A DNA stretch of 64,000 nt. Origin: an uncultured cyanobacterium (lineage in GTDB: Bacteria > Cyanobacteriota > Cyanobacteriia > Cyanobacteriales > Nostocaceae). The notes below the pieces were generated by a model. That model had not been told where the DNA came from. It did no database searches and saw only the letters and a list, made by a program, of their open reading frames with translations. The stretch covers positions 2,976,001 through 3,040,000 of the forward strand of contig CAVUDP010000002.1 in NCBI GenBank assembly GCA_963740315.1. Reading direction: 5' to 3'. Below are positions 1-9,764 of this stretch, piece by piece (positions within the stretch are counted from its first letter, which is position 1; each line of letters begins with the position of its first letter). Made by a program: the position numbers and the translations under genes.

Positions 1-60
1 GAACTGGAAACTATTTTCTTCATGCGCTGCGAAGCCAACCTACGAACTATTACCTATTAC

Positions 61-885
61 TTATTCCTCATCTTCCGCAACCGAAAAATCACAAATAGAT
101 TGAAACGGACAAAAACGACAGTGATAACCGGGATTGGGAGGAAATATCTTACTAAAGCTTTTGTTATTCTGACGATATTTTTGCAAATCTTTTTGATGCT
201 TTTCGGCAATATAACCGAGATGAAATTCAATCAATCTCAATTCGCTATTACTAACAGTAATTACGTGAGATTTTTTACCCATTTCTAAATTATAAAATGA
301 AGCGATCGCTTGATATTTTGGGTAAAGATATCGTGCCGCAAGCAAATAAACTAGTGCCTGTCGGCGGTCAAAAGGAGATTTCCCAGTTTTAAAATCTATA
401 ATATGTAAAGTACTATCGGATTCGTTTAAAACACAGTCCATTGCTGCATACAAACGAAAACGATAGTGTTCGTGTTCTATAAAAATTGGTTTTGGAAAAC
501 CTTCATCACCACGAGTTAATAACATGATGCGTTTGTTTAAAAGTAAAGGCGCATCTTGATATTTTTGTAATATCTGTCGCACTCGCTGCTGAATTTCGTC
601 AGCTAAGTTTCCTAATTTTAAAAGCCTTGCAACTTTTTCTACTCCATCATCAGACTTGAGTAGATTTCGATTGTGATGAAACTCATAAACACCTTTTTGT
701 GCCAATAAGCCGATACGCTGTGATGGAGTAACTTTTGTCTTTAGTAAAGCTTTGACTTTCGCTTCATTTTGACGTGCTTTAATAAATCCCCTTTTCATTT
801 GACAGTGCCACCGTTGTTGCCCTGAAGCGGGGGCAATCAAGGACCAAAGATGATAGCTGGCGAAAAGTCTTACAGGGCTTGACAT
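61..885 (-). CDS. PD-(D/E)XK Cas4/RecB-family nuclease, probably Argonaute-associated type
   Basis: MDC...IIDFKTG nuclease motif and QxxxY motif; N-terminal Cys (WHC) plus C-terminal CRFCPFQSIC give the four Cys of an Fe-S staple. Confidence 0.85.
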   Translation of the reverse strand: MSSPVRLFASYHLWSLIAPASGQQRWHCQMKRGFIKARQNEAKVKALLKTKVTPSQRIGLLAQKGVYEFHHNRNLLKSDDGVEKVARLLKLGNLADEIQQRVRQILQKYQDAPLLLNKRIMLLTRGDEGFPKPIFIEHEHYRFRLYAAMDCVLNESDSTLHIIDFKTGKSPFDRRQALVYLLAARYLYPKYQAIASFYNLEMGKKSHVITVSNSELRLIEFHLGYIAEKHQKDLQKYRQNNKSFSKIFPPNPGYHCRFCPFQSICDFSVAEDEE

Positions 886-1295
886 TGCTATACAGTCGAG
901 ATAAAAAGCAAGGGGGTAGTATTAGCTACAGATAAACAATGGATGTTTCCGTGTGGTTTTGTGATTAAATACTGAATATTCCAAACTCAACGAGATTAAT
1001 TTTTCTTACACCTCGATCGATTTAAGTAAAATTCGCAGCATTTACTTAAAGGTAAAGCACGGTAAATTATATTCTAATTGAAACTATGAGTCGGAATGCA
1101 AAAAAAAAATTGTATCTTAGAATACTAAATATTAATCGAATTAGTTATTATGCGGTTAAGATAATCATTTGTAAATTTATCATTCTACAACAGTTTGCAT
1201 CTTCAATTGTTAATTTTGCTGTAATATATATAAAAATTAAAGCACCCTTGTCCTAAATTTATTTTTAGGATTTAGATAATATTTTTATAATAAAT

Positions 1296-1571
1296 ATGAA
1301 GACAATTGTAAACCTGCTTGTATCAATAATTGTAGCTTTGTGGATAATCGCGATCGCTATTATCTCGGTGCAAAATGCCACCCCAGTATCGTTAAGATTT
1401 CTTACGTTTGAAACAATTCAAATTCCAGTCGGGTTAATGCTAGCTTTTTGTGTTGCAGTAGGGATGATTGTTACGAGTCTACTGCAACCTTTACGGGGTA
1501 TATCCAATCGACGAAGCACTTCTAGGCGATATGAAGATGATGCCGAATTTTTCGTAGATGAAGATTTTTAA
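1296..1571 (+). CDS. LapA/DUF1049-family small membrane protein
   Basis: Two TM segments around the SVQNATPVSLRFL motif; acidic tail. Confidence 0.8.
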   Translation: MKTIVNLLVSIIVALWIIAIAIISVQNATPVSLRFLTFETIQIPVGLMLAFCVAVGMIVTSLLQPLRGISNRRSTSRRYEDDAEFFVDEDF

Positions 1572-1583
1572 AGTTTTGTAAAT

Positions 1584-1643
1584 TAAGGTTTGTAGTAAGG
1601 CTTTAACCCTAAATTCGAGCGATAAATCGCTGACTACGAACCT
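1584..1643. repeat. Degenerate palindromic element (aggtttgtagtaag...actacgaacct)
   Basis: Same core as copies at ~35880 and 44250-44550; lies between convergent genes. Confidence 0.65.
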
Positions 1644-1648
1644 AACTC

Positions 1649-4549
1649 CTATTTTGCTTCCATCCAATTATCACCCGCACTTGCTTCTACCAACAAAGGA
1701 ACACTTAACTTGAGTGCATTTTCCATCACCGACTTAATTTTGATTTGTAACTCTTCCCACTCTTGAGGAGGCACTTCAAAAATTAATTCATCGTGAACTT
1801 GTAACAACAATCTTGCTTGATAATCCCTCAATTCTTCCTGCATCTTTATCGTGGCAATTTTAATAATGTCGGCACTAGAACCTTGAATTGGTGCATTAGC
1901 AGCAGCACGCAATAAACCCGCATCGTAAGCACCTATATTCTTCAATTTACTTAAGTCAATTTCTTCTGGGGGAACATTTTTGAGGTTCTGTAAATTTCTA
2001 CTGGTAAAATCAACATAACGTCTACGTCCTAAAATTGTTTCTACATAACCGTATCGAATGGCTTGTTTTTTCAAACCTTCCAAGAATTCAAAAACTTTTG
2101 GATAGCGAGAGTAAAACCTTTTAATAAATTCATTGGCAAGATTTTTATCTATACCAGTTGAACGAGAAAATCTCAACGAACCCATTCCGTAAATTACACC
2201 AAAATTAATAGTTTTCGCTATCCGTCTTTCATCTGATGTAATATCATCTTTTTCATATACCAACCGCGCCGTCACGGTATGTATATCTTGATTATTATTA
2301 TAAGCTTCGACTAAAACGGGTTCTTGACTCAGATGAGCCAAAATTCTTAATTCAATTTGCGAGTAATCAGCCGCTGCTATTAACCAACCTGTTTCCGGGA
2401 TAAAAGCTTGACGAATTTTACGGCTAAAAGCTGTACGAATCGGAATATTTTGTAAGTTTGGATTGGAAGAAGATAACCTTCCAGTTGATGTTGCCGTTTG
2501 ATTAAAATCTGTATGTACGCGCTTCGTATCTTCCCGTACTAAAGCAGGAAGTGCATCTACATAAGTAGACTTTAATTTAGATAAAGTGCGATGTTCAAGA
2601 ATAGCCTCAATAATTCCAGTTTCATCGTCTTCTTGCAGCTTTTCTAAAGTTGCTGCATCTGTAGAATATCCGGTTTTAATTTTACGAGAATGCTTTTTAT
2701 TTAAACCCAAATTATCAAATAATATTTGACTCAACTGCTTGGGAGAACCTAGATTAAATTTTTCTCCAGCTATTTCCTGTACTTGCTGTTCTAACTTAGC
2801 TAAATCAATTTCTAACTGCTGCGAAAGTTCTTTTAAATAATCCGTATCAACGCGAATTCCTTGATATTCCATATCCGCCAAAACTGCTTCTAGAGGCTGT
2901 TCTACTTCTAATAAAAGCTTTGATAAAATAGGTATTTTATCTAATTCTTGCCGCAGTTTTGCGACTAATTGAAATGTGCTATAAGCATCCATCCCACAGT
3001 AATCTGCTACTTCAGCAATGCTAATATCGGCAATAGTTTGACCTTTAGGAACCAATTCAAGATAACTTTTAGCCATCAAACCCAAGTATTTTTGAGAAAG
3101 TTCGCTTAAACTATGGCTGCTGTCGGGATTGAGAACGTAACTTGCTAACATGGAGTCAAATATTACTCCTGCGATTTTAATTCCCTGACATCGTAAAACC
3201 AAGCGGTCAAATTTAGTATTTTGAAAAGCTTTCGGATAATCTGCACTTTCTAAAATTGGACGTAGCGCTTCCAAAGCAACATTTTTATCGAGATTCTGAC
3301 CGTTTTTATGTCCCACCGGAATATAGGCAACTTCTTTTTCTTCAGTTCCCCAGCAACAGCCAATTCCGACTAATTGTGCATCTCGCGGTTCTAAATCGGT
3401 TGTTTCAGTATCCCAAGCAACAGGCGTTTCCGTTGTAAATTTTTGGAGTATTTTAACTAATTCTTTGAGTTTTGCTTCCGTATCGATGATGCGCGGTTTA
3501 ATTGGAGAAGTTTTTTGCTTTTGGGATTCTTCTGTTTGTTTAGCAGTCCAAAACCACAAATCATCATCTTCAATTTCTACAGCTTCGGTTTGTGTTGTTT
3601 CTTCAACATTACCGCCAAACTTTTGTTGAAGCTGATTAATTTTTTTTAAAAAAGAACTAAATTCTAACTTTTCTAAAATCGGTTTGAGTTCGCTATCCTC
3701 AAAACCTTTTAATTTACACTCTTCTAAATCAACTTCTAACGGAACATCTTCAACTATCTTCGCTAAAAACTTCGATTTTTCTGCGTCTTCCTTACCTGCT
3801 TCAAGTTTCTTGTAAGTCGCGCCTTTTATTTCCTCTAAAGACTGATAAACTTTGTCCAGAGTACCGTAAGTATCGAGCAACTGTACCGCTGTTTTCTCTC
3901 CAATTCCCTTCACGCCGGGAATATTATCTGATTTATCGCCGCAAAGCGCTTTAAAATCAACAACTTGGGTTGGTAAAACTCCTAACTTTTCTTTAACTTC
4001 TTCCGAATGAAATTCTTTAGGTCCCGTACTCGATCGCTGTAGAGCTTCTTTATTCAAATACAAAACGCTAATTTGCTTGTTTTCGTCAACTAACTGAAAT
4101 AAATCTCGATCGCCTGTGAGGATTTTAACTTGATATCCTGCCTTAGATGCCTTTTGCGCTAAAGTTCCTAAAACATCATCTGCTTCAAAACCCGCAGCAG
4201 TTAATATTGGTAAATTTAATCCCGTAAGTAACTCGTGGAGATTTTCCAAATCGGGAATAAAATCTTCCGGAGTTCCCGGACGATCGGCTTTATAGGTATC
4301 ATCAGCTTGATGGCGGAAAGTTGGTAAACCCAAATCAAAAGCAACCGCGATCGCTTCAGGTTGCTGCTTTTCCATCACTTCCAGCAACGACTTAATAAAG
4401 CCAAAACACACGCTAGTGGGTATACCAGTTTTGGTACGAAGTCCACCATCTCGTCCTTTGGCGAAAGCGAAGTAAGAACGAAATGCAAGGGAATGTCCGT
4501 CAACTAAGACGAATGTGGGATTTTTAGGAGAAGTTATATCGGAAGTCAT
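1649..4549 (-). CDS. polA: DNA polymerase I
   Basis: 5'-3' exonuclease (LVDGHSL, EADD), 3'-5' exonuclease (DTET), Pol A motifs DYSQIELR, KTINFGVIYG, VHDEL. Confidence 0.98.
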   Translation of the reverse strand: MTSDITSPKNPTFVLVDGHSLAFRSYFAFAKGRDGGLRTKTGIPTSVCFGFIKSLLEVMEKQQPEAIAVAFDLGLPTFRHQADDTYKADRPGTPEDFIPDLENLHELLTGLNLPILTAAGFEADDVLGTLAQKASKAGYQVKILTGDRDLFQLVDENKQISVLYLNKEALQRSSTGPKEFHSEEVKEKLGVLPTQVVDFKALCGDKSDNIPGVKGIGEKTAVQLLDTYGTLDKVYQSLEEIKGATYKKLEAGKEDAEKSKFLAKIVEDVPLEVDLEECKLKGFEDSELKPILEKLEFSSFLKKINQLQQKFGGNVEETTQTEAVEIEDDDLWFWTAKQTEESQKQKTSPIKPRIIDTEAKLKELVKILQKFTTETPVAWDTETTDLEPRDAQLVGIGCCWGTEEKEVAYIPVGHKNGQNLDKNVALEALRPILESADYPKAFQNTKFDRLVLRCQGIKIAGVIFDSMLASYVLNPDSSHSLSELSQKYLGLMAKSYLELVPKGQTIADISIAEVADYCGMDAYSTFQLVAKLRQELDKIPILSKLLLEVEQPLEAVLADMEYQGIRVDTDYLKELSQQLEIDLAKLEQQVQEIAGEKFNLGSPKQLSQILFDNLGLNKKHSRKIKTGYSTDAATLEKLQEDDETGIIEAILEHRTLSKLKSTYVDALPALVREDTKRVHTDFNQTATSTGRLSSSNPNLQNIPIRTAFSRKIRQAFIPETGWLIAAADYSQIELRILAHLSQEPVLVEAYNNNQDIHTVTARLVYEKDDITSDERRIAKTINFGVIYGMGSLRFSRSTGIDKNLANEFIKRFYSRYPKVFEFLEGLKKQAIRYGYVETILGRRRYVDFTSRNLQNLKNVPPEEIDLSKLKNIGAYDAGLLRAAANAPIQGSSADIIKIATIKMQEELRDYQARLLLQVHDELIFEVPPQEWEELQIKIKSVMENALKLSVPLLVEASAGDNWMEAK

Positions 4550-5070
4550 TCAATTTTAGATTTTTGGATTGAAGCTATGCGATCGGAGCGTGTACTAAGG
4601 ACATCTACTTATTTTAATCAGTTGCTTCGGTTTTGGAACATTTGTTTTAGTCGAGAAGTTAAATTTTGCGATCGCGATCGTGCTTAGGTAGGCATCAGCT
4701 TGTAGAATTGCCTGCTTGTGTATGAGTTGCGATCGTTTTAGCTTTTGAGAAATCTGGTTTTTTGATTGTCAGTCTGTGCATAAGTTCGACTTAAATTAAT
4801 AAAGTGTCTTTATAAATATCAATATAATCTTTATCCAAATTCTTTTTTGCAGTCATGAGTTAACATTGCGGCTTCAACTGTATTATCGGATTGATTCTTT
4901 TTAACTTTATAAATAACAGAAAAATAGACCATTTTTGCATCGCTAAACTTTAAACTTTAATCCGGATGTTTGCGGATGTGTTCTAAAGGGCTGATAGAGC
5001 AGAATTAAACAAGAAGCGCAATAAAAAACAAATTGCTTGTTGTAATAAGATTTAAAAATCAGGGGATACA

Positions 5071-5410
5071 ATGAAATTTAATCAATTAATTACTTCTATT
5101 GGTTTAACAGTAAGTACAATTTTATTTGTTTCTAATTCTGCTCAAACTGTAATTTTTACAACTAACGTCAGCCAAAAAACTGATAGCACAAAAGATATTT
5201 TATTACAATCTATTGAGCAAAATGGTAAGACAATCGATCGATTTTCCTTTGTTCAATAAGCTGTAATTAACAAAAATACCGAAAGAACCAAAAATAAAAA
5301 TAGCGGCGCTGCAAGTTATAGATAAAGGCGATAATGCTAGCGCTCCTACAATTACCAGTGAAGATCCAGATTTCAGCCAAATTGGGCAACAGCAACTTAA
5401 ACAATATATA
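5071..5410 (+). pseudogene. Degraded exosortase-dependent (PEP-CTERM, XDP2-like) surface protein
   Basis: Signal peptide, in-frame TAA at 5257-5259, then family-like fragments NSGAAS / DKGDNASAP / GNSNLNNI in shifting frames; truncated before 5451. Confidence 0.6.
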
Positions 5411-5450
5411 AGAAGGCATACCCACACTTAATCTATTACTATACAAAGGT

Positions 5451-6494
5451 TTATTCTTTTAGGTAACAATTTTCACAATAGTTGGGTAAATTGTGAGTTC
5501 TAATTCTTTCTCGAAAGTCTTGGTATTTTTCGGAGTTCCAGATTTTTGCAAAATCCTCTTCAAAAACATTACCCATTTTGACGGTATCTGAATCCGCTAG
5601 TATACAGCAAGGAACAACATCACCATCGGAAGAAATATAAGTACTCTTCCAAGCCCAAGGACATTTTTTTTGTTTTGAATAAAAATCACCATGATTGATA
5701 TCAAAATCTATTTGATTTTCCCTAGCTACTTCCTTAGCTTCTGCTAGAGTACTAGTTAATTGTTTAGAATTTAAGCTAGCTTTGATGGAGTTGTTGTATT
5801 CTTTCATTTCCTTTTTACCCCAGTCACTTAGAAAAGGTTGCAAAGTAATACAATCTACTCCCAAATCACTAGCTAATTTTACTATTTGTGATAATTCATG
5901 AATATTTTTATTCGTAACTACAGTGTAAACCGAGAGCATCGGTTGTTTTTTACCATTACGAATACGATTCAAATTTTGAATGTTTTTCCGAATTTCCTCA
6001 AATTTACCTCCAATTCGGATACTTTCAAAAGTTTCTACTGTTGCTCCATCAATACTGAAAGTAATACTAGTATTATTTAATTGGGCAAGCTGCTCGGCTA
6101 TTTTTTGATTACAAAGGCTTGCATTTGAAATGAAATTCATTGATAAACCGTGTTTTTCTCCTAATTTAAGCATGGAAATCAACTGCTTATTAAGTAGAGG
6201 TTCACCCATTCCCTGAAGTTTAACTGTTTCAAGATATGGAAATTGATCTAAAATGCGGCTAAAAGAATTTTTATCTAAATGAATTCTTTCCTTAGACCAG
6301 TAGGTGACTTGACAATGTTGGCACTTAAAATTGCAATTGTTATTTGGTTCTACATCAATATTTAAGGGATAAAAAGGTATTTTTTTCCACTTGAAAATAT
6401 ATGACAATTTTAATCCAATATAATTCCAAAGTCGCAAAGGATTTTTGATTCTCTGTATCCAAACATTTGATTTACCCTGTGTAATAAATGTCAT
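5451..6494 (-). CDS. Radical SAM/SPASM(twitch)-domain protein
   Basis: CNFKCQHC (CxxxCxxC), GMGEPLL, C-terminal CPW...GDVVPCC...MGN...CENC. Confidence 0.92.
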   Translation of the reverse strand: MTFITQGKSNVWIQRIKNPLRLWNYIGLKLSYIFKWKKIPFYPLNIDVEPNNNCNFKCQHCQVTYWSKERIHLDKNSFSRILDQFPYLETVKLQGMGEPLLNKQLISMLKLGEKHGLSMNFISNASLCNQKIAEQLAQLNNTSITFSIDGATVETFESIRIGGKFEEIRKNIQNLNRIRNGKKQPMLSVYTVVTNKNIHELSQIVKLASDLGVDCITLQPFLSDWGKKEMKEYNNSIKASLNSKQLTSTLAEAKEVARENQIDFDINHGDFYSKQKKCPWAWKSTYISSDGDVVPCCILADSDTVKMGNVFEEDFAKIWNSEKYQDFRERIRTHNLPNYCENCYLKE

Positions 6495-6672
6495 TGAATA
6501 TCACCCCATTTAAAAATAATTTTTCTGAAAACCATTAACGTCATTTTTTAGTCGAAGTAGTGTTCCATGAAGAGCTATGGTTGTTTTTCTATTAAAGTTG
6601 TCTTCAGTCTCAATTAAAATTCGTTTTAATATTTTCTCTAAAAAGAATTTACCATTAAATGGGAAGCTAGCG

Positions 6673-6693
6673 CACCGACGGCAGCACTGGCTG
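6673..6693. repeat. 21-nt small dispersed repeat (SDR5-like) inside a HIP1 site
   Basis: GCG[CACCGACGGCAGCACTGGCTG]ATCGC. Confidence 0.6.
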
Positions 6694-6815
6694 ATCGCAA
6701 TCTATGATGATTATGATTTTAATACTTGGTGATTTTATTTCTTGGAAGTCCCTTATTTGCGCTGCACCTGTTAACCTCTAACTGGGAGTATTTAAATTAA
6801 CTGGAATCTAATAGC

Positions 6816-7661
6816 ATGGGGAATACAGTCGCCCAAGACATTAAACTACTAGTCTTAGATATTGATGGCACCATCGCAGGAGAATCAAATCAAATCAGCG
6901 ATCGCGTAATAGAAGCGGTTAATGCAGCCCAAGCAAAAGGAATTCAAGTTGCGATCGCCACTGGTAGAATGTATTGTTCGGCTTTGCGCTACCACAAACA
7001 AATCGGCTCAACTCTACCGTTGATAGCCTATCAGGGGGCTTGGATTCAAGATCCGGTTTCCCAAAAAGTTCATCAGCATTTATCCGTTCCCAAGCAAGTT
7101 GCATTAAAGCTGTTGGATTATTTTGAACAACCCCAACTACGTCAACTTTTATCCGTCCACTTCTATATAAATGACCAACTTTACGTCCGAGAATTAACCA
7201 AAGAATCCCAAATCTACGGACAACGTTCTGGTATTACACCAATTCCTGTAGGGGACTTACGCTCAAGTTTAAGCAATGAACCGACAAAAATTCTCGCTTT
7301 ATGCGAAGATACCGAAGTTATCGATAATTTACTTGGTGATTTGCGCCTTCAATATACTCCAGCAGAACTATACCTGACTAAATCAGTTGCTACCTTTTTT
7401 GAAGCGACTAATCCTTTAGTAAACAAAGGAGCTGCGGTACGCTACATAGCTGAAGAATTATTAGGATTGCAAAAAACTAACGTCATGACTGTTGGCGATA
7501 ACTTTAACGATGTTGAAATGCTCGAATACGCTGGTATTGGTGTAGCAATGGGTAACGCACCAACCCAAGTTCAATCTATCGCTCGCTGGGTAGCTCCAAA
7601 TGTAGAGCAAGATGGAGTAGCCGCAGCAATTGAAAAATTCTTATTAAATAGCGGGTGTTAA
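6816..7661 (+). CDS. Cof-type HAD-IIB hydrolase
   Basis: DIDGT, ATGR, NKG, GDNFNDVEM motifs. Confidence 0.95.
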   Translation: MGNTVAQDIKLLVLDIDGTIAGESNQISDRVIEAVNAAQAKGIQVAIATGRMYCSALRYHKQIGSTLPLIAYQGAWIQDPVSQKVHQHLSVPKQVALKLLDYFEQPQLRQLLSVHFYINDQLYVRELTKESQIYGQRSGITPIPVGDLRSSLSNEPTKILALCEDTEVIDNLLGDLRLQYTPAELYLTKSVATFFEATNPLVNKGAAVRYIAEELLGLQKTNVMTVGDNFNDVEMLEYAGIGVAMGNAPTQVQSIARWVAPNVEQDGVAAAIEKFLLNSGC

Positions 7662-7764
7662 GTTAACTCTTAGCACTTGCAATTCGGGGCATCCTTGCCC
7701 GTCCAACTTTATTCTAAAAAACTTGCTGTAAAAACTTTGAGAAGCGAACAAATGCTACGAAATC

Positions 7765-7829
7765 AGAAAGGGCACCGACGACTGGCCGTGTTTCGTCTCG
7801 GTGCCCTTAATGGTTCGCTCCTCACACAC
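7765..7829 (-). ncRNA. Yfr2-like (Cyano-1) small RNA
   Basis: 5' GUGUGAGGAG motif, then stem AAGGGCACCGA...UCGGUGCCCUUU enclosing GAAACA; TATTAT -10-like box just upstream. Confidence 0.75.
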
Positions 7830-7912
7830 TTGATAATATATCCAAGGCTATAGGATTAGTCAATAGGTGTTACAAAAGTTTTTATATTTATCATTAAATG
7901 GTCGGCTCTAAC

Positions 7913-8749
7913 TCATAATTCCGAGCAAGCGGGTATACCCAATTTTTCTTCTAGCAGAAACTTTAATACCAATCGAGTTGTCATAATCAATCCGACTCTA
8001 GCCATAATAACTTCTGGTGGAGTCGTTGAGGTGCCGCAAATGCGACAAGCAGACCAAAAATTTTCAAAAGCTTTTAGTAAACTAAGCGCTGCTCCTTCCC
8101 ATTTGAGCGGACGAGTAATGGCTGGCTCTAACTCATCTACAACTTTTACTAAATTGTTAATTAAACGGCGTTCGGCTTGATGATTCAAATAAAGTTGTTC
8201 GCTAGCGTTAAGCCAAGGTATGGATTCAGAAGCAATTTTATTAGTGTTAAGTAATTTTTCTTGTTGCGCCAGTCGTAACAACGAGCAGCAACGTGCGTGA
8301 ATATATTGAATAGAAAATACAGCATCAGCTTTTAAAGCTAAAGAATTCATTTCAATCCTCTCCTCCCTTCGACGATCGATAAAATGTTGTAACCAACTAG
8401 CTAAAACTAAGTCACTCACTTCTATATAAATCAAACCAGTGGGTAACACAAAAATCTGCAAATCTGTGCCGTAATTTACAGATAAACAAGAAGCTATTGA
8501 GGTTGCTATCGAAAAAGGATGTGAATTATGAGATTTTGAGAGGTGCAACGCAATCCCAGATATATAAGAAATTTTAATATCGTTTTTGCCTTTTGATAGA
8601 GGAATCTCTTTTTTTTCTATATATTTGTTTTGACTTGAGTGAGCATAAATACTTATTGATTCAGTCAAACAACCGTATATTAGCTGGTTTATTGCTGTGT
8701 ATTTGCATACTAGTAGCTTTTGATGCACAGAATATACTGATGACAACAC
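7913..8749 (-). CDS. DALR anticodon-binding domain protein (ArgS-like, no catalytic domain)
   Basis: IQYIHARCCSLLR and ARVGLI...LGI..EL motifs. Confidence 0.85.
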   Translation of the reverse strand: MLSSVYSVHQKLLVCKYTAINQLIYGCLTESISIYAHSSQNKYIEKKEIPLSKGKNDIKISYISGIALHLSKSHNSHPFSIATSIASCLSVNYGTDLQIFVLPTGLIYIEVSDLVLASWLQHFIDRRREERIEMNSLALKADAVFSIQYIHARCCSLLRLAQQEKLLNTNKIASESIPWLNASEQLYLNHQAERRLINNLVKVVDELEPAITRPLKWEGAALSLLKAFENFWSACRICGTSTTPPEVIMARVGLIMTTRLVLKFLLEEKLGIPACSEL

Positions 8750-8849
8750 TGTAAACCCAGAAACATTGATTTTCTGTCATCTGTCTTAAGACGTATCTTT
8801 ATATTCGGTCAAAGAATATTAGAATTGCATAAAATTTAGTGAATTCTGG

Positions 8850-8863
8850 GTAAACTTTACTAC
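8850..8863. promoter_or_regulatory. Candidate NtcA-binding site upstream of devH
   Basis: GTAAACTTTACTAC matches GTA-N8-TAC; downstream -10 element is imperfect. Confidence 0.4.
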
Positions 8864-9025
8864 AAACATTGTACAGTAAGAAGTATAACAAAAGAGTAGA
8901 AGCTCAACTTTCTACCTTTTGAATAGCTGGCATTTAGGTTTTAAGCCTAAGAAAGCCTTTCACAAAGACACTCCTTGCACCTTTTTATGTCGTCTTTGTC
9001 TTCAGCCGAACGCTCTTTGTTACCT

Positions 9026-9745
9026 ATGCAATCTCAATCCTCTTTTTCTGAGGCATCACGTCCATTCTTAACTTGGCAACGAATTCTTGATTGGGCACAA
9101 GAACACTATCGCTGCCGCACCTTTAGCAAAGATGAGCGAATTCCAGCTAGACCTGGATTGCTGTATTTGGTGCAAAGGGGTGCGATCCGCATGGTAGGGA
9201 CCGCCCAAGTGAGTGCTACTGCTTCTCAGTTAACGTCTCGCCGAATTAACAGAACTCCAGAAGAAGCATTTTTGGGTTTTGTTGGTGCGGGACAGCCATT
9301 TGAAATTGTTGCTCAATCACCTTTTACGTTGCAGTCATATGCCCATGTGGACCAGACAGCAGTGTTGTGGATGTACTGGCACGATCTAGATAATTGGCCT
9401 CATTTTCGTCGCGAAGTTATGGATGCCTTTAGGTATCAACATCAGCGTAAACTGCTGTGGTTGAGTGCCTTGGGACAACGACGCACTATTGACCGACTTT
9501 TAGGATTCCTCACTTTATTAATTGAGGAATATGGAGAACCGGCAATGAGCGAAAATGACCCCGAAGTAATTCATGGCTATTGTCTGCCCTTTCCCCTCAC
9601 TCATGCACAAATTGGCAGTGCAATTGGTTCGACTCGCGTAACCGTAACTCGCCTAATGGGTAAATTACGTCAGCGCGGTCTAATCCTTACTCAAGGGGAT
9701 AATTTAATCTGCTTGCCAGCAGAGTCAATTAGTAAAGCCAGCTGA
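9026..9745 (+). CDS. devH: CRP-family heterocyst regulator DevH (239 aa from MQSQSS)
   Basis: HTH LTHAQIGSAIGSTRVTVTR; N-terminus RPFLTWQRILDWAQEH; position between DALR gene and pacR as recalled for Anabaena PCC 7120. Confidence 0.85.
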   Translation: MQSQSSFSEASRPFLTWQRILDWAQEHYRCRTFSKDERIPARPGLLYLVQRGAIRMVGTAQVSATASQLTSRRINRTPEEAFLGFVGAGQPFEIVAQSPFTLQSYAHVDQTAVLWMYWHDLDNWPHFRREVMDAFRYQHQRKLLWLSALGQRRTIDRLLGFLTLLIEEYGEPAMSENDPEVIHGYCLPFPLTHAQIGSAIGSTRVTVTRLMGKLRQRGLILTQGDNLICLPAESISKAS

Positions 9746-9764
9746 CGCGCAGGAGCAGTGTTTG

